64,000 bases of DNA from a bacterium (GTDB lineage: Bacteria > Patescibacteriota > Minisyncoccia > UBA6257 > HR35): positions 6,489 to 70,488 of the forward strand of contig JBEQAR010000003.1 in assembly GCA_041640295.1 (NCBI GenBank), given 5' to 3'. Position numbers and translations under genes: made by a program. This document shows positions 1 through 8,276 of this stretch, piece after piece (positions within the stretch are counted from its first letter, which is position 1; each line of letters begins with the position of its first letter). The notes beneath the pieces are model-generated. The model saw only the letters and a list, made by a program, of their open reading frames with translations. It did no database searches and was not told the DNA's origin.

Positions 1-140
1 TTTAAATAACCAGAACTACCACCTGAATCGGCAACGGTTACAATAGCAGTCAATCTTTTAATTAATTTACCATAATCATCCTTTAAGCCAGTTAAAATAT
101 TAGACAAACCAGTACCACCTCCCAATATTACTATTTTCAT
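1..140 (-). CDS. YvcK/UPF0052 (gluconeogenesis factor, CofD-like) protein, 5' part; runs off window
   Basis: Manual translation from ATG at 140: [20 protein letters not shown]...[17 protein letters not shown]; GGGTG and DxGGSSG motifs of YvcK. Confidence 0.85.
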   Translation of the reverse strand, partial: MKIVILGGGTGLSNILTGLKDDYGKLIKRLTAIVTVADSGGSSGYL

Positions 141-275
141 TTTTAATATATGATTTTATTATATTATTCGCCCTTTATTTAAAATTCGATTTTATTATTA
201 TAAATTTTACTATTTATATTCTAAAAATAAAAACCTCTTCAAAATAAGAACTAAAGCAACAAAAATATTTATATC

Positions 276-303
276 TTGACTATCTTTCTTTAAATGATAT
301 AAT
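276..303 (+). promoter_or_regulatory. sigma70-type promoter of tyrS
   Basis: TTGACT (276-281), 16-bp spacer, TGn-TATAAT (298-303), 33 nt before ATG. Confidence 0.6.
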
Positions 304-336
304 TTAAATGTATTTTAAATAAGTATTAAATTAAAA

Positions 337-1551
337 ATGGTAAGGGTAAAAATTGAACAACAAATAGAAATTATTAAGCGGAAAACAGCTAAAATAATAA
401 CCGAAGAGGAGTTAAGAGAAAAACTTGAGTTTTGTTACAAAAAAAATAAAAAACTCAGAGTAAAATTAGGAATTGACCCAACTGCAACTGATATTCATTT
501 AGGTTTTGCTTTTGTTTTAAAAAAATTAAAAGAATTCCAACAATTAGGACATAAGGCTATTTTAGTTATCGGAGACTTCACTGCTAAAATAGGTGATCCA
601 AGTGGTAGAAATATTACTCGCCCGATATTGACTGATCGGGAAATTAAAAAAAATTTATCTACTTATCTTAAGCAAATTTTTAAAATTTTAGATAAAAATA
701 AAACTGAGGTAAGGTACAATTCTGAATGGTTGACTAAATTAAATTTTAAAGACATCTTAGAAATTTTCTCTAAAATAACAATTCAAAAAATAATTGAACG
801 CGAAGATTTTCAAAAAAGATTAAAAGATAATAATCCAGTTTTTCTTCATGAAACTATTTATCCTTTAGTCCAAGCTTATGACAGTGTTTATCTTAAGGCT
901 GATATTGAATTAGGAGGTAGTGATCAAGAGTTAAATTGTTTAATGGGTAGAGAATTGCAAACAAAATTTAATCAATCTCCTCAAGTGATTATTTTAACGC
1001 CACTATTAATTGGTTTAGATGGAAAAAACAAAATGAGCAAAAGTTTAAAAAACTACATTGGTATTACAGAAAAACCCGAAGAAATGTTCGGTAAGGTTAT
1101 GAGTATTTCTGATGAATTATTGCCTCAATGGTTAGAATTAACTACTGAATTAAGCGAAAAGGAAATCAAAGAAATACTTAATCTTCATCCAATGGAAGCT
1201 AAAAAAAGATTAGCTTATGAAATTGTTAAATACTACCACAATGAAAAATTAGCAAATTTAGCCCTCAATCAATTTGAACAAACCTTTCAAAAAAAAGATT
1301 ACGAAGCATTAGCTAAAGAAATTATTTTAAGTTCGGAAATTAAAAACTTACCCTTAATCGAAATCCTGACTCAATCAAATTTAGTCAAATCAAAATCAGA
1401 AGCTCGAAGATTAATCGAACAAGGAGCAATAGAAATTAACTATCGAAAGGTTATTGTTCAAGATAATATTAATAACTTAAAAATTAATCTTAATACTAAT
1501 GATTTATTAAGGATAGGCAAGAAAAATTTTTATAAGTTAATTATCAAATAA
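337..1551 (+). CDS. tyrS: Tyrosine--tRNA ligase
   Basis: GIDPTATDIHLGF (HIGH variant), GGSDQ, KMSKS, C-terminal S4-like SKSEARRLIEQGA. Confidence 0.97.
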   Translation: MVRVKIEQQIEIIKRKTAKIITEEELREKLEFCYKKNKKLRVKLGIDPTATDIHLGFAFVLKKLKEFQQLGHKAILVIGDFTAKIGDPSGRNITRPILTDREIKKNLSTYLKQIFKILDKNKTEVRYNSEWLTKLNFKDILEIFSKITIQKIIEREDFQKRLKDNNPVFLHETIYPLVQAYDSVYLKADIELGGSDQELNCLMGRELQTKFNQSPQVIILTPLLIGLDGKNKMSKSLKNYIGITEKPEEMFGKVMSISDELLPQWLELTTELSEKEIKEILNLHPMEAKKRLAYEIVKYYHNEKLANLALNQFEQTFQKKDYEALAKEIILSSEIKNLPLIEILTQSNLVKSKSEARRLIEQGAIEINYRKVIVQDNINNLKINLNTNDLLRIGKKNFYKLIIK

Positions 1552-1552
1552 T

Positions 1553-2692
1553 TTACCGATTATCACCTCGGGAACCAAAATTTCTTAAGACAATCTCTTG
1601 ATCATTGTCATCGACGGTGCCATTAAAATTTAAATCAACTCGAGGATTATTTCGCCAATCACTTGTTTGACCAAAAGCAAAGAGAATATTTAATAAGTCA
1701 CTATCATCAATAATATTATCATTATTAGTATCACCATAAGTTAAATCAATATTTACTTGATTATTATTTTGAAGATATGTCCTTTTACTTAAAAAGTGTG
1801 GCATAGAGATAAAGGCTTGGGGTTGATTACAATCATAGGGTAAATCAGTAAGATTAATTACACTTCCTAAACTATAATTAGAATTGGGATAATTAAAACT
1901 TCTACCATCAGTACATCTAATATCAATATTTAAATTTTGAGGTGGGGTATTAGTATTATTTGATAAATCATTTGAATTAATTCTTAAAGAATAATTAGCT
2001 GGACCAACTGAACCATAAGCACCAAAATTCCTTAAAACTATTTGTTGATCTATATTATCTACTAAACCATCCAAATTAACATCTGGTCTTTTAGCGCTGG
2101 AAGTTGAATAAGGCCAGTTGTTTCCAAAATTAAATAATACTTCTAATAAATCGGAATCATCAATCATATTATTTTTATCAACATCACCTGCTTTAAAGAA
2201 AACATCTTGAGGGTTACGACTACTAGTGCTTGTTAAATATACATAAACACTAAGATAATGAGGAATATTCAATAAAACTGCTGGTCTATCGCAATCGTCA
2301 GATAATGTAATTTGTGTGGTATCATATGAACGAACACCTCTTGCTCTTATACCTTCTCTTCTTTGATCATCGCAATATAAATCTCCATCCATTCTTTGTT
2401 CAGGTACTGAAGTTGCTCTTTCTTGTTCAATTCCCTCCAAAATTACTCTAAGATAATAAATTGGTCCACCAGCTACATTAAAATCTCCTGTATTGTTTCC
2501 TTGTTGATTGTTTGAATTATTATTGTTGTTTTGATTATTTGTTTGGTTAGATTGATTGTTTTGTTGATAAATTTGATTATATTGTTGAACTTGATTGTTA
2601 TTTATGGGTGGTTTTTGATTTAAGGCTTGATTTTGACCTAAAAGTAAATTAGAAAGAAGTAATAAAAACATAATTAAAGTATTTAAATCCAT
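1553..2692 (-). CDS. Secreted protein with N/Q-rich linker and two dockerin-like (paired Ca-binding DxDxDG/N) modules
   Basis: Hydrophobic N-terminus; GDVDKNNMIDDSDLLEVLFNFG...DVNLDGLVDNIDQQIVLRNFG repeated as GDTNNDNIIDDSDLLNILFAFG...DLNFNGTVDDNDQEIVLRNFG. Confidence 0.7.
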   Translation of the reverse strand: MDLNTLIMFLLLLSNLLLGQNQALNQKPPINNNQVQQYNQIYQQNNQSNQTNNQNNNNNSNNQQGNNTGDFNVAGGPIYYLRVILEGIEQERATSVPEQRMDGDLYCDDQRREGIRARGVRSYDTTQITLSDDCDRPAVLLNIPHYLSVYVYLTSTSSRNPQDVFFKAGDVDKNNMIDDSDLLEVLFNFGNNWPYSTSSAKRPDVNLDGLVDNIDQQIVLRNFGAYGSVGPANYSLRINSNDLSNNTNTPPQNLNIDIRCTDGRSFNYPNSNYSLGSVINLTDLPYDCNQPQAFISMPHFLSKRTYLQNNNQVNIDLTYGDTNNDNIIDDSDLLNILFAFGQTSDWRNNPRVDLNFNGTVDDNDQEIVLRNFGSRGDNR

Positions 2693-2805
2693 GGTAATTT
2701 AATTAAACAAAATAATTCTAATTAAGATTATTTTGGCTATCTAATTTAAATTTTAATCTTTCGACTATTTTAATTTTCGACCTTATGTTTAATTTTATCA
2801 TACTT

Positions 2806-4074
2806 TTAAAATTTTTCAAACAAAAAGATTAGAGGGTCAAAAAACCCGAATTTATCGGGGTTATGTGGGGTATAGCCATAACATTCTGTGGGTTTTTTAT
2901 CTATATTACAAATAGCTTTCTTTGGACTTCCTAAAACTGGTTTTATTTTAATTTCCAAGTGTAAATGAATATCCAATGGAGTATTTTTATTACAACCATC
3001 TTCACCAATTCGCCAATAATTACAACCATAACCAGTTGCACCAACTTTGCCAAGAATCTGGCCAGCCTTAACAAAATCTCCTTCTTTAATATCCGGATTA
3101 ATTTCAGCCATATGACCATAAAGAGCGTATAACGTCTGCAGTTTTGGCGAGCGAGGCTCGGGTAGGCTGTGGGCGTATGTTTGAGCCGAAGCATTAGCGG
3201 AGACCAAACTGGCGCGCTGAGCGAGCCAAATTGTAGACGTATTTGAGTTTATCTCCATAATCACTGTATTCCCCAAACCATGATCTCCTTCGCCATTTTT
3301 TACAACTTTGACAATCCTACCATCAGCAACAGCGTAAACATTTAAATCTTTAGCCTGAAACACTGGAGCTAAATCAATACCAGCATGTTGAATATAATCA
3401 ATTTGTCTATCTTCTGAATAAGTATAATTTGTTCTCAAGGGATTATTAAATCTCTGACGAATAAAAAATTCTTTAATATTAACTGGCTGATGAAATCCTT
3501 CTTTAATTTTAAAATTTTTAAAGGTTATATAGCTTATTATTAAATCTCCTGTTTTGACCAATTTAAAAAATTCTTTAGCATAGTCTGTTTCTAAACGAAT
3601 ACAACCACCAGTAAAATTTGAATCTACTTTTTGACCATTAAAATAATAAGGAATTTCGTGGACAAAAAAATCTTCATACATCTGAACAGCATAATTCATA
3701 TAAACAGGAAATAACGATGATATATGCTTTTCCTTTTTTACGCCGATCCGGAAATAACCCGTTGGTGTTTGATACCATTTTCCATAAGGAGCCTGATAAG
3801 CAATTGGAATTATTTTTTTAAGCTCTCCATCTTCAAAAAAATAAATTTTGTTATCTGTTAAATCAACTTCAAAAATTCTTTTTTCTAGAATTTTGGGTTT
3901 CAAATAAGAAAAACCCGCTTTTGGAATATAAAAATCTTTTTTATTATTAGCGCCAAAATCATAAACTATATGCTTCTCTAGCAAATTAATATTAAATTCT
4001 TTTTCTAAGATTAATAAAGATGAAAATATTAAAAGTATTGTTAAAATTATTAAGATTAAAAAATTTTTTATCAT
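2806..4074 (-). CDS. L,D-transpeptidase (YkuD) + M23 peptidase fusion, membrane anchored
   Basis: TPTG, HEIPY...TGGCIRL (YkuD His/Cys); HAGID, YGHM, HLHLE (M23 zinc motifs). Confidence 0.85.
   Translation of the reverse strand: MIKNFLILIILTILLIFSSLLILEKEFNINLLEKHIVYDFGANNKKDFYIPKAGFSYLKPKILEKRIFEVDLTDNKIYFFEDGELKKIIPIAYQAPYGKWYQTPTGYFRIGVKKEKHISSLFPVYMNYAVQMYEDFFVHEIPYYFNGQKVDSNFTGGCIRLETDYAKEFFKLVKTGDLIISYITFKNFKIKEGFHQPVNIKEFFIRQRFNNPLRTNYTYSEDRQIDYIQHAGIDLAPVFQAKDLNVYAVADGRIVKVVKNGEGDHGLGNTVIMEINSNTSTIWLAQRASLVSANASAQTYAHSLPEPRSPKLQTLYALYGHMAEINPDIKEGDFVKAGQILGKVGATGYGCNYWRIGEDGCNKNTPLDIHLHLEIKIKPVLGSPKKAICNIDKKPTECYGYTPHNPDKFGFFDPLIFLFEKF
3132..3240. repeat. GC-rich palindromic in-frame insertion in the M23 domain
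   Basis: Terminal inverted repeats ACGTCTGCAGTTTTGGC (3132-3148) / GCCAAATTGTAGACGT (3225-3240); 63 of 110 bases G+C over 3131-3240. Confidence 0.8.
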
Positions 4075-4155
4075 ATTTAAGAAATTTTATTAAAAATTAT
4101 TTATGGTTATTTTTTTATTATATATTAATTAACTATATAATACATAATTTAAAAA

Positions 4156-5319
4156 ATGAAGATTTTCGATAGGCTTTATGGAGAAATAATTTTTGAAAAC
4201 TATGAAAGCGAACTTTTCCATTTTCCAGAATTAATCAGGTTAAAAAGAATTTCACAATCAACTGTTCCATCACTTTTTTTACCAACCTCAATTTGTGCTT
4301 CTAGATTTGAACACTCTGTGGGTGTTGCTTATTTAGCAAAAAAGCTTTGCCAAATTAAAAAAGAATTTAAACCATTAAGTAAAGAATTATATTTTGCTTC
4401 TCTACTGCATGATGTTGGAACTCCACCCTTTACTCACTTAACCGAAAGATATATGAGCGAAAAATTGGGTAAAAACCACGAAGAAAGAGCTAGAAAAATT
4501 ATTTTTAGTAGCAAAATTAAAGATTTTCTAATAAAAAACAAAACATCACCACAAAAGATTAGTGATTTAATTGAGGGTAAGGGTGGATTCCTGTCGGAAA
4601 TTATTAATAGCTCGCTTGATATTGATAATTTAGATAATCTTTTAAGGTTTGGCTTTAGCACCGGATGCTATACTCAAAATCCTTACAATCCGCTAACTAT
4701 AATAAAGGCTATATATCTAAAAAGAAATAAGTTAGTATTAGTAGAAAGAGATGTTCATCTGAGAAATGAACTTTCTGCTTGGGAAAGATGGCGGAAGTTT
4801 ATCTATGGATTTATTCATTCTGACACTAATTTAATACCATACATGATGTTAGAAAGAGCAATTAGTCTTGCTTACTTTAAAAATCAAATTAAAGATAGTT
4901 TTTTTGAATTTACCGATGATGAAGCAATTAATTATTTGTTATATAAAACAAATCCGAAAACAAGAGCTATTATTGAAGATTTAATTAAATGGAATTTTTA
5001 TAAAACAATTTTTAGAAAAAAGATTTTCCAAATAAAAGATAAACACCTAACTTTAATAAAAAAAGAACCGAGTTTTCAGTTTAAAATGGCTAATGAATTA
5101 AGCTCAATTTTAAAAATTCCTCAAGAAAAAATCTCACTTTATTTTGGTTTAAATGAAGCTTTTAGAATTATTCATTATCCAATTATATCAGGCAATAAGT
5201 TGATAAATTATAAAAGTAAATTAAAAAATTTTCTTTTAATTTCTGTCTGCATTCATCCTGATTTCTATCTGACCAAAAACAAAAATAAGATTGAAAATTA
5301 CTTAAAACATTTCTTATAA
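4156..5319 (+). CDS. HD-domain phosphohydrolase, SAMHD1/dNTPase-like
   Basis: RLKRISQ, RFEHSVGV, LLHDVG, PFTH, DIDNLDNL motifs. Confidence 0.85.
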   Translation: MKIFDRLYGEIIFENYESELFHFPELIRLKRISQSTVPSLFLPTSICASRFEHSVGVAYLAKKLCQIKKEFKPLSKELYFASLLHDVGTPPFTHLTERYMSEKLGKNHEERARKIIFSSKIKDFLIKNKTSPQKISDLIEGKGGFLSEIINSSLDIDNLDNLLRFGFSTGCYTQNPYNPLTIIKAIYLKRNKLVLVERDVHLRNELSAWERWRKFIYGFIHSDTNLIPYMMLERAISLAYFKNQIKDSFFEFTDDEAINYLLYKTNPKTRAIIEDLIKWNFYKTIFRKKIFQIKDKHLTLIKKEPSFQFKMANELSSILKIPQEKISLYFGLNEAFRIIHYPIISGNKLINYKSKLKNFLLISVCIHPDFYLTKNKNKIENYLKHFL

Positions 5320-5432
5320 ATCAATAAATCTCAATAGTATAGTGAATAATATAATTAAATTCATAATCTTTGATTTTTGAACTTTTGTTTTATAATAACT
5401 TAAATACTTTAAATAATAAAAATTAGATTAAA

Positions 5433-5960
5433 ATGAAGAAAATTGCTTTTATAATTGCTAAGCGAAATTTTAGAGATAGAGAATTTTTTGTACCGGAAGA
5501 GATTTTGAAAAATGCTGGCCATCAAATTGTTGTTGTAAGTAATACCCAAAAAGGTGAAAAAGCTATCGGCGCTGATGGTGGTGAAATAACTGTTGATCTG
5601 GAATTAGAAAATTTAAATCCTGAAGATTTCGATATGGTTGTTTTTGTTGGTGGCCCTGGGGCTTTAGAAAATTTAGATAATGAAGTTAGCTATAGAATTG
5701 CCCAAAAAACTGTTGAGTTAAAGAAAAAATTAGCAGCGATTTGTATTGCCCCAACAATTTTAGCTAAGGCTGGGGTTTTGAAGGGAAAGAAAGCAACCTG
5801 TTGGTCAAGCGAAGAAAACAAAAAGCCAATCGAAGTTTTAAAAGAAAATGGCGCTGACTATACTGGCGAGGATGTTGTTCGTGATGGTGATTTAGTAACT
5901 GCCAATGGTCCACAATCTGCTGAAAAATTTGGTAAAATATTATTAGAAGTTTTGAAGTAA
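5433..5960 (+). CDS. DJ-1/PfpI family protein
   Basis: FRDREF, VFVGGPGA, AAICIAP, TANGP. Confidence 0.92.
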   Translation: MKKIAFIIAKRNFRDREFFVPEEILKNAGHQIVVVSNTQKGEKAIGADGGEITVDLELENLNPEDFDMVVFVGGPGALENLDNEVSYRIAQKTVELKKKLAAICIAPTILAKAGVLKGKKATCWSSEENKKPIEVLKENGADYTGEDVVRDGDLVTANGPQSAEKFGKILLEVLK

Positions 5961-6002
5961 TTGAAGATAAGTATTGCACTCTATAAAAATATTGATTTAG
6001 AT

Positions 6003-6091
6003 TCCGGGGTAGGCGTGCCTGCCTTTGCCTATCGGCAGACAAGGGCAGGCAGGGTTTATTCGCCAATAGGCGAAAACGCGCGGCTGTATAA
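6003..6091 (+). pseudogene. Degenerate 5' half of tRNA-Asn with hairpins replacing the D-arm
   Basis: TCCGGGGTAG...AACGCGCGGCTGTATAA versus intact TCCGGGGTAG...AACGCCTGGCTGTTAA; hairpins at 6016-6051 and 6059-6074. Confidence 0.7.
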
Positions 6092-6103
6092 TATAAAATT
6101 AAA

Positions 6104-6343
6104 ATGAATTATTACGTGTATGTTTTGAGAAGTTTGAAAACAGGGAAGCATTATATAGGTATAAGCAAAAATCCAGAGAAGAGACTAAAAGAGCATAACA
6201 AAGGGGATAGTAAATTTACGAAAGGTCATAGACCGTGGGTTTTAGTTTATAAAGAGTTTGTTGGCAATAGATTAAAAGCTAGAGCAAAAGAAAAAGAATT
6301 GAAAAGGTCATACGCAAAACGAAAAAATTTTATTCCGGGGTAG
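6104..6343 (+). CDS. Small GIY-YIG nuclease (UPF0213/SLX1-like)
   Basis: YYVYVL...HYIG...RLKEHN...FTKGHRPWVLVYKE...KEKELK; last codons and TAG overlap the tRNA-Asn 5' end. Confidence 0.9.
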   Translation: MNYYVYVLRSLKTGKHYIGISKNPEKRLKEHNKGDSKFTKGHRPWVLVYKEFVGNRLKARAKEKELKRSYAKRKNFIPG

Positions 6344-6405
6344 TTCAGTGGTAGAACGCCTGGCTGTTAACCAGGATGTCGCAGGTTCGAATCCTGCCCC
6401 CGGAG
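6334..6405 (+). tRNA. tRNA-Asn (GTT)
   Basis: Cloverleaf: TCCGGGG/CCCCGGA acceptor, CCTGG-CTGTTAA-CCAGG anticodon arm, GCAGG-TTCGAAT-CCTGC T arm. Confidence 0.97.
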
Positions 6406-6520
6406 CACAGAAGAATAATTTTCACTCTCTTTCTCAAAATCCCTATTAATTTCTACATTTTTCTCACTTTTTGCTGGTTCGAATGAGGTTTATTTTTGAA
6501 ATTTTGTTAAAATAAGAGTA

Positions 6521-6925
6521 ATGGATGATTGTGTGTTTTGTAAAATTGTTCGAGGAGAGGAGCCAGCAAGAGTAATCTATGAAAATGAGGATGTTATATG
6601 TTTTTTGCCGAAAAAAATCGGAGTTTATGGGTATACTTTAGTTGTGCCGAGAAAACATTTTCAAGATCTTTATGATATTCCTGAAGAACTGTTGTGCGAA
6701 TTAATCAAAGTTGCTCAATTTTTAACCAAAGAATATAAAACAAAAATTGGAGCTACAGGAATGAATGTTTTGCACGCCAGCGGTAAAGATGGTCAACAGT
6801 CTGTATTTCACTTTCACTTCCATTTATTTCCAAGATTTAAAGATGATGGTTTAGACACTTGGCCTCAATTGCCCAAAAAAGATTTTGATGCAGATGAGAT
6901 GTGGCAAAAATTAAAAATAACATAA
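6521..6925 (+). CDS. HIT family hydrolase
   Basis: DCVFCKIVRGE, GQQSVFHFHFHLFPR histidine triad. Confidence 0.93.
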   Translation: MDDCVFCKIVRGEEPARVIYENEDVICFLPKKIGVYGYTLVVPRKHFQDLYDIPEELLCELIKVAQFLTKEYKTKIGATGMNVLHASGKDGQQSVFHFHFHLFPRFKDDGLDTWPQLPKKDFDADEMWQKLKIT

Positions 6926-6928
6926 GTA

Positions 6929-7963
6929 ATGCGTTTAATAAAACCACCAAAATTAGAGATAGGAGATACTATCGGTTTAATAAGTCCTTCTGCTCCGCTT
7001 GCAGGTTTGGTCCCCCATCGAGCTCACAAGGCTATCAAAACTTTAGAGAGTATAGGTTTTAAAGTTAAGGTTGGCAAGAACGCTTTAAAAGTTGCAGGAT
7101 ATACAGCTGGTTATGCTAAAGAAAGAGCCGAAGACATAAATTCTTTTTTTAAAGACAAAGAAGTTAAAGCAATAATTTGTTTTATGGGCGGGAATCATTC
7201 TAATCAACTCTTGCAATACATAGATTTCGATTTAGTCAAAAAGAATCCGAAAATTTTTGTTGGTTATTCTGATGCTACTGTTTTGCATTTCGCTTTTTAT
7301 ACCCAAAGTAATTTAGTAACATTTTATGGACCGGCTGCTCTTACTCAATTTGCCGAAAATCCAAGAATACTTAAATATACTGAAGAATATTTCAAAAAAG
7401 CTGTGATGGACAATAAGCTTGTAGGTAAAATCACACCTTCTTCTTATTGGACAGATGAAATTCTTGATTGGTTTGAAAAAGCAGATCTTAAACGGCCACG
7501 AAAGATGAGGAAAAACAAAGGCTGGAAATGGTTAAAAAAAGGAAAAGCAGAAGGTCCAATTTTAGGAGGTTGTATTACTTCAATGATGCACTTACGAGGA
7601 ACAAAATATTGGCCTGATTTTAAAGGTTCAATTTTCTTTTGGGAGATCCCAGAAAGTGATTGTGATTTTACTAAAGGAGAAAAAATAGAAAATGTTGATT
7701 CTTATTTAACTGATTTAGAATTGTCCGGTGTTTTTAAAAATATAAAAGCTATGATTGTGGGCAGATTTTTTGGCTATTCAGAAAAAGAAAGAAAGCAACT
7801 TGTAGAAATAATTAAAAGAAGAACTGCTAAGTACAGATTTCCAGTCTTGATGAATGTTGATATCGGACATACTGATCCAATAATTACTGTCCCCCTTGGT
7901 ATGAAATGTAGAATTGACTCTTACCAAAATCTTTTTGAGATCAAAGAAAGCGGAGTAATTTAA
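6929..7963 (+). CDS. S66 peptidase (LD-carboxypeptidase / MccF-like)
   Basis: IGLISPS, GYSD (catalytic Ser), WEIPE (Glu), IGHTDP (His). Confidence 0.92.
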   Translation: MRLIKPPKLEIGDTIGLISPSAPLAGLVPHRAHKAIKTLESIGFKVKVGKNALKVAGYTAGYAKERAEDINSFFKDKEVKAIICFMGGNHSNQLLQYIDFDLVKKNPKIFVGYSDATVLHFAFYTQSNLVTFYGPAALTQFAENPRILKYTEEYFKKAVMDNKLVGKITPSSYWTDEILDWFEKADLKRPRKMRKNKGWKWLKKGKAEGPILGGCITSMMHLRGTKYWPDFKGSIFFWEIPESDCDFTKGEKIENVDSYLTDLELSGVFKNIKAMIVGRFFGYSEKERKQLVEIIKRRTAKYRFPVLMNVDIGHTDPIITVPLGMKCRIDSYQNLFEIKESGVI

Positions 7964-8100
7964 AATCAACGCAGTCACAAAATATTCTTATTTTAGACAG
8001 ATAAAAAATTGAGAAATATATCAATTTGTTTTCAGGGAGGATGTTTTTGAAGTATAATGAAGGGGCAGTATTTAAGTTTTTACTAATCAACTAAATAAAA

Positions 8101-8145
8101 ATGATCAAACTAAAAATTAATCAAAAAGCTCCAGATTTTAAGTAA
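8101..8145 (+). pseudogene. N-terminal remnant of a peroxiredoxin (Bcp/AhpC-TSA) gene
   Basis: Manual translation MIKLKINQKAPDFK*, matching the LKxGxKAPDF start of peroxiredoxins. Confidence 0.55.
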
Positions 8146-8276
8146 GAATTAGCACTGACTCTGTTGAATCTCGTATGATAAGATATGTTACAATTAATTT
8201 ATAACAATAACCATCATGCTAAAAATTTACTCAAAAAAGGAAGTTTTTAAATTAGTTAGAGAAAACTTAATAAAAA

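Larger units (their letters stand above)
6001..6343 (+). mobile_element. Putative tRNA-Asn-associated GIY-YIG mini element bounded by 12-bp direct repeats
   Basis: ATTCCGGGGTAG at 6001-6012 and 6332-6343 flanks a hairpin-rich pseudo-tRNA half and a GIY-YIG ORF. Confidence 0.55.
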
